NCBI RefSeq assembly: GCF_964204645.1
Contig: NC_134026.1
Span: 124,001 to 188,000, forward strand
DNA: 64,000 nucleotides
Reading direction: 5' to 3'
DNA from: Tubulanus polymorphus
Taxonomy: Eukaryota; Animalia; Nemertea
Each line of letters begins with the position of its first letter. The stretch's first letter is position 1. Position numbers and translations under genes: made by a program. Below are positions 36,791 to 48,727 of this stretch, in pieces. The notes under the pieces are model-generated. The model did no database searches. It saw nothing but the letters and a program-made list of their open reading frames with translations, and was not told where the DNA came from.

Positions 36791-39700
36791 TGAAACTAAC
36801 GGATATAATTATAATATTGCGCCATTCAACCTGGGTTGAAAGCTATTTTAGAATTTACACCAGATCTTTTTTTTAAACTTGTCTTTGCCCGATTTCTTCT
36901 GAATAGCGCGCTGTGTCCTTGAATGAAGCACATTACAGCAGATCAGGTCATCGAATATTCGTGATTGGGAACGGTCTCGAGGGGTTACCGAACAATCTAT
37001 GCACAAATTACACTCGTGTAACCGCGAAACGAATGCTTGATCTGAAATATCGCATCTAATATCACTCACTTAGATGTTGATAATTTAAGCCTGATTACCA
37101 TTTAGTTTTTGCAAGAGTGGTTATTGAAGAAACCGTTATATCCATGTAGCGATGAAAACTCATCGCAATGCAATCTTCGATTTGCGTTAAGCAGATTGGA
37201 GTCGTGTAATACAATCTCTTGTACGCTCACATTCCCAGGACTTTCATCATCATAATATTTCTGCGACTTAAGACGCCGATATAGCTATTCGAAAACATAA
37301 TCAATGTTTTGATCTTAAAATAGGGATTGACCCTGTTATTTATTTGGTTGGTAAAATTTCGTTTGAATTTTTTGATTTAGTGTCCCTTACAAACCCACCA
37401 CACCTGCCGGGAGCGCAACAGGGGTTTGATTTTGAAATCGGAAATAGAAGTACAGATATAGTTGTGTGATCGGCGATCAAATCAATGTTAACTATACAGA
37501 GATCTATTGGATTTCATTTCACGGAGCAAATACTGACAAAAACGTTTCAAATTTTATATTTCATATCTATCTAGACTTCACATGAGCCAGGGGTGGATTT
37601 AGGGTTCTGGTCCCGAGACTACATTTTCACGAGCTGGATAAGGTGCGTTACAAAAACCAATGGCAAATTATAGATCCTCAGAAAATGATCGATTCTTTCA
37701 AATTTTGTTTGGGATGAGCCTAATAATGGGAAATAGGAAATTTGCCCCACCCCCCTCTGAATTCCCCTAAACAATAAATCTCAGTCCTTTAGACATTTTA
37801 ACTGGCGAAAATCTCAATCTAGAAAGAGTTAGATGTATATTTAGGGATCGGTATAAACTGTTAAATCCACACGACTTCATTTAAATGTAATTCTCGTTTA
37901 TTGATTTTTTTAAAGAAAATCCTAAATTGAATTTTCGTCATTTCATCTTTCAGTAGAGGTCACGTGTGCTAATGAAATGTTCGTAGCGACGACTCATCCG
38001 TGGAATTAAACCACGTCGATTCGTTTCGTAAATTCAAGCGAAATATAAATTATTAATATGATTCATATTCGAAACACGCGGTTGATTCCTTGTCGATGAG
38101 ACTGATTGATTCACAGCAGCAGCAGCAGCTGCGGTGAGGGGATGGTTTCGTGAGTTTGGTTATTGATACGTCGGGAGATGTTTAGGAATAAATGAAGCCG
38201 CATCCACCCACAACCAAACGCATTGTTATACATGCCTTGATTCCGAAATCAATACAAACATAATTTCGACTTCTATCGAAATGTCTGATTTTAGTAAATT
38301 ATTTGTTGTTATTCTATTGACGCGACCACGTGGAATAGGAATATACAATATAAACTTATAAAATCCGACTCTGGAATATAAATAAATTCCTTTGAAAAAG
38401 AGAACGAAAAATCGAGACCATCAATAATCATCCGATATAAGCGATTATACGTAACTTACGCAAGGTTTGCTATACAATATTCAATTACATAGATGACAGC
38501 GTAACCAGCTTACCAAGCGTACCCACCCAGCATATCCAACGTACCCACCCAGCGTACCCAACGTACCCAAATAGCGTACCCAGTCCATTGAGGGCATTCA
38601 AAAGTAACGGGGATTACAAAAAATGATAATGATCTTAATTGCATATTAGATAAATGATTGCGCGTAAACGAATTGGGATTTCAATATAACCCGATAAAAT
38701 ATGGTTTGACGCGCGTGTCGGTTGAAATTATAGTCATCAGAATTGAATCAACTTTTTATCAGCATTTTAAAGTAATTGGTTTATAATCCCAATCGGTGCA
38801 TCCTGACAATATACCTGTATCAAGTACGACATAATCTGTGACAGTTCATCTAATTACATTCTTATTTTGAACGGAATTAAAACATTATCAATTCGATTTG
38901 AAAATCAGTTTGTCTGCAATATACAGAGAATACCAAGGCTTTACGAGTAACTGATAAAACACTGACTATGATACATGGCAAATTTGATGACAGCGAAATC
39001 CGACACGAAGGCTAAACTTCCACTTGAAGATCGCTGTTATGGAAACAACCGAACTGTTGTGGCTTCGATTAACTTTTCAATTTTTAGTATTTAATTGTCG
39101 GATTTTGTTTCCACGCTAATCGTGTGTACATTCAGTATGTAGTAAGTATTGAGGGTTGTTTGTCGAGCCGTATTCACCGTATATTCCACTCGCAATTTCA
39201 GGTAAAATAAATACGTGTTTTACCCTGAGGAAACTCAATCAGTTTTCAGTGAAACACTTGATGCAGCTGTTTTAATACAGGACACTGTAAACATTAGAAC
39301 GACACGTAACACGTGACGTCAAGTTCGATCCAATCAGGATGAATGCAGAAAAAACTGCATCTTTTAGACGGTATTTTTTCGCAATTGAAAGGAAGCTAAA
39401 CCATGTTCCTGACTTAAACAGAACCGAAAAAACTTTCCCAGATTTTTTTTTGACGCCGTAAAAACCGATACAATGCCATACGTTATTCGAGGGTCAATGC
39501 GCACTACGTCACCAATATAGGGGCTTCAAAATAACAATTATAATTGTGAATTTTGGCGTTTATTTTGTAACTAAGAATATTTCATAACTGGATTTTAATT
39601 TTTGATATATTTTGAATTATTGTTGAGAGGATGTGTGCACTACGTCATCGATATATCGGGGTAAGACTGGTTGCCGGTCAATTCAATTCAATTCAATTAT

Positions 39701-41711
39701 TGATATATTCAAAACTTATTAGTCGACAGTGATATGCGTCAATTTTTCTTTCACTTCTCCGAACGTTACGATTCTAGAAAAGAATAAATTTTTGCAGGGA
39801 AAATTGTAAACGATTCATTTCGATTTATTTTCGTCGATTCATTTTTGCTACCTGCAATGTTTCCCCCCTGGTCTGTTACGAGCTGTAGATCATTGGCCCC
39901 AATCTAAAATGACTGAATTGACGACTCGAGTAACTCGAATGCGCCACGTGTCGAATATAAGAGTGTCTCTAGGCAAACTGACACTTCCCAAAACATAGTC
40001 AGTAATTTCCTTTACTTGCGCCCAGACACAAACAATTCAACGAAATTGACGGCGAACTGGCAATCATATTATTAGAATTCTTGATCTTTGGTCGCGATGC
40101 AACGAATGACTTTCATTTCATCGCGGTGCAGCGCGAGCCTTGTTTCGTCTCATTGACTTCCGACGCTGAACGTGCGGCGATTCGGGCCAGTATTCGGGCG
40201 ACAGGGGGTTTCATAACAAACAACCCTCAACCCCCATCCGGACCTTTATCTCGAAGGATTATCATTGCAAATTTATAGCCAATTAACAACTGTTAGTCTA
40301 TCTGTATTCATATCAGTGACACGAGCTGCGCTGAAGTGTTTTTATGGCATGTTAATCTATTTCCCTCTCAGCCCAATTCTCTGCCTCTCTCCCGCGATCA
40401 TATCATCTCATCATGTCTCGTGCGAGAGAAGACAATTTGAAAAAATGACTTGTTCCATCATCTTATCACAGTCCGACACTGTGTATATAGAATAACCGGG
40501 TGACACAAATCTGCGAACGAAAAGAATCGACTTTCTAATTCGCTCCGAGGAAAGTCCATTCATAGAACTTTCAGATGTAAGACAAATCAAAGGGAAGTGT
40601 CCGATAATTTGTTAGGCGATATTTCCATTTGGCTTGATGTCGGCTACAAGATAATTTGATTTTGCGTTTTCTATGGGAATATAAACTGTGGGAATAGCTT
40701 TAGTCTCTCCTCTCTTATCTCTACTGATGGAAGCGGAAATCTATATAGTTTCTATACGAGGATTCTTTATATATGTCGATATATTCAATAATGGTTAGAA
40801 ACGGTTTTTTTAACCTCGTCTGTCAGTGAAATTTGATGATATGGCAGTAAATACCATGTCACAGTATCTGAGTTGACTGACTGCCAACAGGCTTTTGAAT
40901 TACGGTTTTTGTTACTTTGGTAATAAACAGAGTCTAAGTGCGTGCACTGGCGGTAAGTTCATTGACCGAGTGATATCTGTGATTTCCCTCACGTATTCAA
41001 ATCGATATAAATCTGAAAATTTACATTTACAGAATCTGAAAGCATGTGCTTTATACGGATCCCGATACGGATTCGCGTTGATGATTGGAAATTACGGGTT
41101 TTATTATGTGCCTGACGAGGTTCTTTGAAATAATGATGGCCAAAAGTTTTTACCCAAAGTTCAAAGATTGATTTCATGAAAATTCTTAATCATGTGCCGT
41201 GTGTCCTATGAATTATCAGTGTAGGCTTTATCAAGTCTAGATCACTTGTAAAAGAGTTAAAGTAGGGGTAAATCAATCATTAGTTAGAAATGTCTTAGAA
41301 TTCAAATAAATTGATTTGAATTCTATGGAAATATAAAGGACGTTCCATAATCATTGCAGAGATTTCCCGTGACCGCGATAGATTTCATCAATTTCATCTC
41401 TTCTGAGGCCGAGCCGTTTATAATCTACTGTAAACAAGTTTGAAATAGATATCACTTTATAAAGTGCGAGTGAAATGAATTGTCTTCATGAACATCACAC
41501 TGAGTTATTTAAAGATCTAGTTTGCAGGCGAGCACACTTTTCCTCAAGCGACCGAATTTTCAGCTGACACGGTGTAAATCAGGCGGATTTGGTTTCAATC
41601 GCGTCCGCATTGTTTATTTAAGTCAATAAGTGTTTCGGTTTGTTGCATCAGTTTTTTTGGGAGAGGTCGAGGAAGACAGCAGCACAGGTTTTTACTTATA
41701 TTGATTGAAAC

Positions 41712-42302
41712 ATGGCTCAGTCAAGATCCCGTTCAAGATCCCCGTCTGTAGCGCGAGGAAAGAAATCTTCCCCGGCAGCGGCGGCGGAGGCACGTCGAGC
41801 TAGTGCTGCGACTCATCCGCCCTATCTAGAGATGATCGTGGACGCGATTAAGTCACTGAAAGAGAAAAAAGGTTCGTCTACAATCGCTATCAAGAACTAC
41901 ATAGAACTGAATTACCCGCAGGTCTCTACAGCTCGACTACCACTATTACTGAAACAAGCTTACGGTCGAGGTGAACGGTCCGGTGTACTGGCTCGTCCAC
42001 CCAGGTCGAGGTCACGAGGAGCTACGGGTCGGTTCTTATTGAAAACAACGTCGTCGTCCCAGATCGCCGGAAATCGCAACCAGAGATCATCAGCGCAGAC
42101 ACCGACTAGGAAGAAACCGACCGCGAAAAAAGGAAGGACAGTTCAGGCGAAAATAGCCGCGAAACGAGCAGCGAAGAAAGCAGCTCAGAAAACGCTAACT
42201 CCTAGAACGAAACAACAGAGACAAAGACAAAGAGCAAACTCGAAGAAGGGAAAGATAACGAAGGCTCAAGGAAAGAAGAAAACTACATCGAAACGACATT
42301 AA
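41712..42302 (+). CDS. Intronless histone H1/H5-family linker histone, germline type (H1.8/B4-like winged helix; protamine-like RS/Arg-rich tails), 196 aa
   Basis: H15 domain THPPYLEMIVDAIKSLKEKKGSSTIAIKNYI...LLKQA...GVLARP...GATGRF. N-terminal SRSRSRSPS and a K/R/A-rich C-tail. Start context AAACATGG. Histone stem-loop 26 nt after the stop. Confidence 0.95.
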   Translation: MAQSRSRSRSPSVARGKKSSPAAAAEARRASAATHPPYLEMIVDAIKSLKEKKGSSTIAIKNYIELNYPQVSTARLPLLLKQAYGRGERSGVLARPPRSRSRGATGRFLLKTTSSSQIAGNRNQRSSAQTPTRKKPTAKKGRTVQAKIAAKRAAKKAAQKTLTPRTKQQRQRQRANSKKGKITKAQGKKKTTSKRH

Positions 42303-42328
42303 CATCCTGTCCGATAACCAGACTAAAC

Positions 42329-42344
42329 GGCCCTTGTCAGGGCC
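42329..42344 (+). other. Histone mRNA 3' stem-loop, followed by an HDE-like CAAGAAGTA (42356-42364) and AATAAA (42404-42409)
   Basis: AAAC-GGCCCT-TGTC-AGGGCC-AC: a 6-bp stem and 4-nt loop matching GGCYCTTTTMAGRGCC except at loop position 2. Confidence 0.88.
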
Positions 42345-44676
42345 ACTTAAACTTCCAAGAAGTAGCAGTTATTGATTGCGAGCCTTTGCTTCTTAACGTC
42401 TAAAATAAATGCTGGTTGTTGATCAACATTCAAGCCGTCAATCGTACCACACTTGTGACGATCATTTTGTTGATTGCTATGTTTATAGATAGAGTAGTAC
42501 ATAATCGGGATGGCCGCTCAACATGGAAAGGTCGGGGGATTTTTTTTTCTTAAAAAAAGTCTCTGAATAGCCAGGGAAATTTGTTGAAACAGTCCCCCCT
42601 CCCCCCCCCCATTTTAGCAGATCCGAGTCGGGAAAAACACAGATAACACGTGAGACCTAAAGTACCGCCAAATCGCATAATTTATGATGTTCCTGTGACC
42701 AATCAGGGAGTACTCCGCCAAATTGACAACCGTATACGCAATGCCGGTGGACCAAGATGCAATAACGGGAACCATTAGGGTTAGCTATGACTAAAACATC
42801 ATAAATAAACAATAAAACAGTTGAAACAGTTTCTGATACATGTTCCACACTCGCTGCATCGCGACAGTTTTTGGCTGCTGTGGAAATTCTGCTCTAATAA
42901 ACGTTTTGCGCACCATCACAGCGCATGTTTATTTTGGCTGCATGAGTGAATATCATTAGATCTACAGCGCAGGCAAAACTAGCAGTTTATTACTTCAGAC
43001 TTCTAATGGACTCGCTTTAAGTTTATGAAGGGAAAACTCAGTTAAATGAATGTCTTCACCAGCAGCGATTTTATAGTATTATCTAATGTCGAGTAACGTT
43101 GAGTTCATGTAAAAGCAATTCGCCATAAAAACCTTCAGATATTGCTGCGATGTCTTTTGATGTTCGGGGGTATGAAACGTTGCGATCACGCACCAAATAA
43201 CATCACCGCACATTTCGACATGGATATATTGCGGTAGCGACGGAATTTCTATGGGTAACATCTATCCGCTTCTCTCCCCTCCCTGACGGCGTCCTGGTCC
43301 TACTGTTGTTTCAAGCTATACGTAATTAGACGATTCTTCCGCCTTTTTATATAGAAATACTTCAAAAGAAAAAAACCTCCCCCTCATATAAAAACATATC
43401 TCATCCCCGAAAGCTGGTCCCTGTAAATTGTTGTTACATACTTGTCGTTTTCCTCGCCGATAATTTCTACAAAAAGCGTCGCATCCAATTTCGCATATTG
43501 CTGGATGCAGAAAACACAGACATATCCCGCAAACAAACACTTAATGATAAACTTTATATAAACTTTTGAAGAGTTTCATGCGAAAACATTTCGTTGTAGA
43601 AGGCGGCGAGACCTCGAGGCGCTAACCGCACTATCAAATCACTGGAGAATATAATACATGTTCTATTCATAAATTACTGATGAAAAATTGGCCGCAAAAT
43701 AGACTGCTCCGACGATATGTAAGAGCTCCGATCAATTCCGGAGCTCCAACCAATTCCGGAGCTCCTACCAATTATTTTTATCAACTATTTGAAGGATTTT
43801 CGCCCCCCCCCCTTCTACCCAACATGGCCGCACCTATTTGCAGCCGTATACATCGAGTGAAGTTCTCCGAACCTCGCGTGCCGCAGCGCCCATGAATCCT
43901 CAGATAAAAATCTCTAACTGCTGTGTTTCCAATTAGGCGTCGATCACGAATGCAATATTTAGTCGCGTTTCCGTTCGATGATAATAGTTTAGATTAGCGA
44001 CCACGTGACCCGTGCCGATGTTCACCAATCAGTAACAGATGTAGATTATTACCGGATATGTCGACTTCCCCCGTCGTGTCGTCATTGTAACTGTCAGAAT
44101 CTGTGCACATAATGACAGAACATTTCCGTTTTCTGACAATTTTATTACTTTTTATATGTGTCTGTGACACTGTCTAATGCGGTTCTAAATTCATACGCGA
44201 TATTTATTGTGTCGTTTTTTTAGTCACCTTCCGTTTTCGTGTATTTGTATCTAACCCGGTGAATGTCCGGTGGTAAGTATACGGTAAGTTAATGCATTTG
44301 GCGTTTTATGCATCGATTTCGTGATGACGACAACGCGACGAATATAAGAAATAGGAGAAATAAGGGCGCGGTTGGCGATGTCGTGATTTCCGTGTGTTTA
44401 AGTACCGACGACTCTCTCATTAGTCACTTTTTCATGTCACAACGTCTCGTAACAGAAGACGTTGTGTACTTGTTATAGAGACCTGTTGACTGCCGCGCGC
44501 CTGTCTACAGTCATAAAATATACAATCAACATCTCGTAAAAACTTGAAGAATTTGTAAATGATAAGCGATCGAGGGCCAGATGTTAAAGTTCAATTTCAA
44601 GTTCAGATTTAGCATGACAGGCTATTTACAGAGAACTTTCAATTAAGATCGGTCGACAATATCGATTACTCAAGTC

Positions 44677-44748
44677 TCCCATATGGTCTAGTGGTTAGGA
44701 TTCCTGGCTTTCACCCAGGCGGCCCGGGTTCGATTCCCGGTGTGGGAA
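44677..44748 (+). tRNA. tRNA-Glu, anticodon TTC (copy 1)
   Basis: 72-nt cloverleaf: acceptor TCCCATA/TGTGGGA, anticodon arm CCTGG-CTTTCAC-CCAGG, T arm CCGGG-TTCGATT-CCCGG. T5 run at 44775-44779. Confidence 0.97.
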
Positions 44749-45453
44749 CGGCACATTTATAGAATTCGTTAACCTTTTTGATCGTGAACACTTCAATTCA
44801 TGGATTGATACAAGTTCAGATTGCACCTGGTCCAATACATTTTTATCTCTGCTGTAATCAATCAAACCCTTAACCTCGAGATTTGTCGGTATGTGGAAAC
44901 AGAAAGATATTTATTAATTGAATTTTAACTTCGCAGCAATTTTGTATGAATGAATCCCAACGACAACTAACCATTAGAAGTGTAAAATCAACTATTCTAC
45001 AGCGCGTGATTCTAGAACCGAGTTGTATTATACTGAAGTTTCTACTTTGCAATGGATTATTGTAAAATAAAATAGAATAGTAATATATTTTATATTTTAC
45101 AGTCACCGGAGTTGATTTGATTTGTTGCGTGCATTTGCTAAAATTTTAGAAACATCCTTAGAAATATATATGAATTAATAGACAATAGCTACAGTAAAAC
45201 CACAATTAGTAACTGCAAAGTCTTGAACGGATCCTTTTCACTTGAATATCTTAACAGTTGACAAATAATTGAATCAATTCATTTGATACCGTCATCTGAT
45301 GGGACAACACTGTGTTCAGTGCTGCTTTTAGGGAGGAAGATTAAGCGTAATATAAATTATTGAATAACGCGTTTAACACGATTTAGAAGTTACATTTAGA
45401 CAGTAGGTGGAGGTGTTGGAACTCGGACCAACAGATCCAAGCTGACTGCATTC

Positions 45454-46548
45454 ATGATGGAACGCAATCTCAACCATACTAAATACTACCATACTAAATA
45501 CAGCCATATTAGATTCTACCCGATGCTTAGCTTATATTACGAGGATGCGAGAAGATTTGTAAATTTGTTTGATCCTGTTTTTGCTGGCTTGAATTTCGCT
45601 ACTATCGTTACGCTAATTTCTTGTCGTAAATCTCGTTCAGTTCGCGCTATGTTTATTTATCTGATCTCCCTAGCTTTATCCGATCAGGTATTTATTCTGA
45701 ATCAACTCAAAGAGTTTGGTTCATCAGTCCATTATGTGGTAGTGCGTTTTATCTACATTCTTTCGCCTGAGATATGTCCTTTTAGATTTTTCCACTTCCG
45801 AATTTGTCCAGTTCATCCGGGTACTGCTCGATTCATGTCGTATTTTAACAGATTATTTACGGTAAGGCGTGTAGCGAATTCTTGTATGAGAATATCTACT
45901 CATCTGATCGATTATTTACCGATCTCTTTTTCTAATTGGATTGTTGTTGTTATGGCTGCTGAAAGGTTATTATCGATAAGGAAACCATTTTTGCACAAAA
46001 GATACGTCACAGATCATAAGAGAATGCTGGCAACGTCATTTACATTGGCGCTATGTCTCTCTCACAACCGAGGTTTTTATACCGTTATTAGAACTTGTAG
46101 AAATTCAACTTGTTGCTACGATTTAGCCGAAGAAATAGCTAAACGAAGTCGTGATTCCTATGGTGTTTTGGGTGGATTTATTGCAATAAGCACCGCTTTA
46201 GAAGGCGTAATTCCATGTACATTGATAATGAGTCTATCAGTGATAACTGCTAAAATAAGTTGCCTTTCTAACAAACACGTGACTAAGAGAGGTAACAAAA
46301 CTATGCTTTATGTAATTATGTCATATGTGTTTTTAGTTTCACCCTATGAGATGGATTTGTTTCTGGCTGGAGCTTTGAGAGTGAGTTTGACTCCGGAATT
46401 ATTTATCGCACATTATATAACGTCCCAGGTATTTGTCGTTCCACGTCAATTAATTTATCGCACCAACTTCTTCATATATTTACACACGATTCCAGCTTTC
46501 AGAGACAAAATTCTGATAAAAAATCGATGTAAATGTCATCGAAACTAA
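45454..46548 (+). CDS. Intronless divergent class A (rhodopsin-like) GPCR of the invertebrate FMRFamide/peptide-receptor-like orphan type, 364 aa
   Basis: Longest ORF in the window. TM1 GLNFATIVTL, TM2 IYLISLALSD, TM3 Cys...SNWIVVVMAAERLLSI..PF, TM5 GVIPCTLI, TM6 MLYVIMSYVFLVSP, TM7/H8 NFFIYLHTIPAFR. N-glycosylation site NHT. Confidence 0.88.
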   Translation: MMERNLNHTKYYHTKYSHIRFYPMLSLYYEDARRFVNLFDPVFAGLNFATIVTLISCRKSRSVRAMFIYLISLALSDQVFILNQLKEFGSSVHYVVVRFIYILSPEICPFRFFHFRICPVHPGTARFMSYFNRLFTVRRVANSCMRISTHLIDYLPISFSNWIVVVMAAERLLSIRKPFLHKRYVTDHKRMLATSFTLALCLSHNRGFYTVIRTCRNSTCCYDLAEEIAKRSRDSYGVLGGFIAISTALEGVIPCTLIMSLSVITAKISCLSNKHVTKRGNKTMLYVIMSYVFLVSPYEMDLFLAGALRVSLTPELFIAHYITSQVFVVPRQLIYRTNFFIYLHTIPAFRDKILIKNRCKCHRN

Positions 46549-48669
46549 AAAACACTGCCACCTATAGGAGAAATTCTTATTACGAATTCGACATTGATCT
46601 CCGGGGAGTAACAGGTTTCCTCTATCGGATGTCAAAGTCTATAAAATCCGTCACCAATCGTATAGAGATCAACATGTTTTATTTGGAACTGTTTCTTCGA
46701 ATCCTCAATAGAAAGTTATTCAAAACATCGAACAATTTAAAAAAAAATTGTCAACAACTCTGAATTTTCGTTTTTATTCATTTCTTGATTTCTTCGAATG
46801 ATTTATGTTTTATGTAATGGTTTATTTTGGATTGAAGACCATCAAAACGCGCTGCCATTTTGAGATCATCACTGCTTACTATTCGACAGCAAAACAGAGT
46901 AGAGATAATGTAATTCTTAACTAACAAGTATTCAACACTGATAGCTCGCAATTCGATGACTGCCGGTACCAAGAATATACATTAAATGGGAATATATTTC
47001 GTTAATAATGCTTAGCGTGACGAAAGCTGACACTTAAACAGACGTCGCTTAACAGGTTCAAAGCAATCACTGCAACAACTGCGGCTTCTTGACCAACATA
47101 ATCCCTCGATATAAACCATTTGCGCTTACTGGTAATAAACAAGCACTCGGGAATGAATAAATACATTTTGAAGACATACAGTGAAGGCAAACTCTTATCC
47201 CGAGATGACCGTTTCATTAAGCTGAACGCAGATAACAGCTAAATGTTCCCGTCCGCGTGAGAACATTAGTGTAGTCGCGTTGATCTTTAAATGGGCGACA
47301 TAAATCCGAGGCGAAAATAAAGTTGCATCTTCTTCGTCGTTAAATGAAGGTGATTTCTGGTGAGTGGAGATTTTCTACTTACGACTATTGTACAATCAAA
47401 TGAATAGAATATATAATGAGTCGTGCATGACCGTCTCACACCGAGTAGAGTGCAGCGTGTGACCTATTGTAAATGAGGGATGGCTCCGAGGTGCTGCTGG
47501 TCAATGGTCATCCAACTGTAATTGACCGGGTTGATATCTAGGTGACGGAATCTTCTGCATGAAACCTAGTATTCGGTCCACCAAATCATCTAGTCATTAT
47601 TGGCGTCGAAAAGACACATTTGCGGAGTCAAGTATTCTCAGTATATGATAACATTATATTTTCCTATTAGAGGAGACACTAAATCCCTGATTCAAGGCCA
47701 TTGTCCTACATCATTCATGATAATGAATACTTCAGCTATTCCCAATCTGCGGTGGTCTTTTCTTGTTCTGTTCTCTCTTGACATCATCCCTCTGCTCACT
47801 CGTGCATCACAAAAATAAACCAGAAATATTTTCATATACTCGTGTTAATCTACTGGGGATTCAGTGCAGTAGCATCACTTCACTCAGTTTTCTAATGACG
47901 TATGACTTATTTCATTTCTATATATGAAATGAAATGGATTCCAACTGTTGATAGCTGAAATCGCATCTGTCCACGACGATGTCTACTACTTGTTACGTTC
48001 ATTCAAAAGCGTGATAGTAAATTCATTTATTTGTTTGTTTATTAGTTCATTTCAGGCCATGAATGTCAATATAGTAAACCATACATATAAATAAGAAACA
48101 TACAGCATATTTATACAACTTCTACAAGACAGAAAAACTATCACAATATTATTTCTAATAAAGAAAATGCAATATGCAACAGGTGGAGAGCGATTGATTG
48201 AAGATAATTGAGGAGTCTGTTTGAGCTTACACCCAGAAGTTTGAGATATCGTCAGCGAATGATGTATCCAAAAGAACGAGTTTTAGAAAGTGTAGATAAA
48301 TGAAATTTCATTGACGTAAGCGAATGTGTGGTTGAGGTTCATATAAGTACCTTCATTCGTCGCGTATTCGATGCATACAAATCACGAATCCAATTAATGA
48401 AATGAAACCATATTTCGTCGATTGAAGAGAGCGATTTCTGGGTTAAACGGATTCCACGTTTACTCATCTATCGTCGTAATGATCAGCTGCTTATGAAATC
48501 GTAGTAAATTACTATTCATTAATATCATCAGGTATTATATTATATACTGGTATGTTATTACCCTGTTACGTGATGTTGTTGTTATTGGGTTCTCGTTGTA
48601 CCTTCACTGAAATTATCTCTACTTTCTGATTATGTTTGCGTGTGTTTAATTACTTCGACCGCAAACGCT

Positions 48670-48727
48670 ACTGTTGTAAGGGAGGATTCCACTTCTGGCA
48701 CGCGAGGATCCGCTAGGTGCGCTAGTG
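48670..48727 (+). repeat. Diverged dispersed copy of the 77-bp hairpin/CTCF-like repeat
   Basis: GAGGATTCCACTTCTGGCACGCGAGGATCCGCTAGGTGCGCTAGTG aligns to the unit. Confidence 0.75.
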
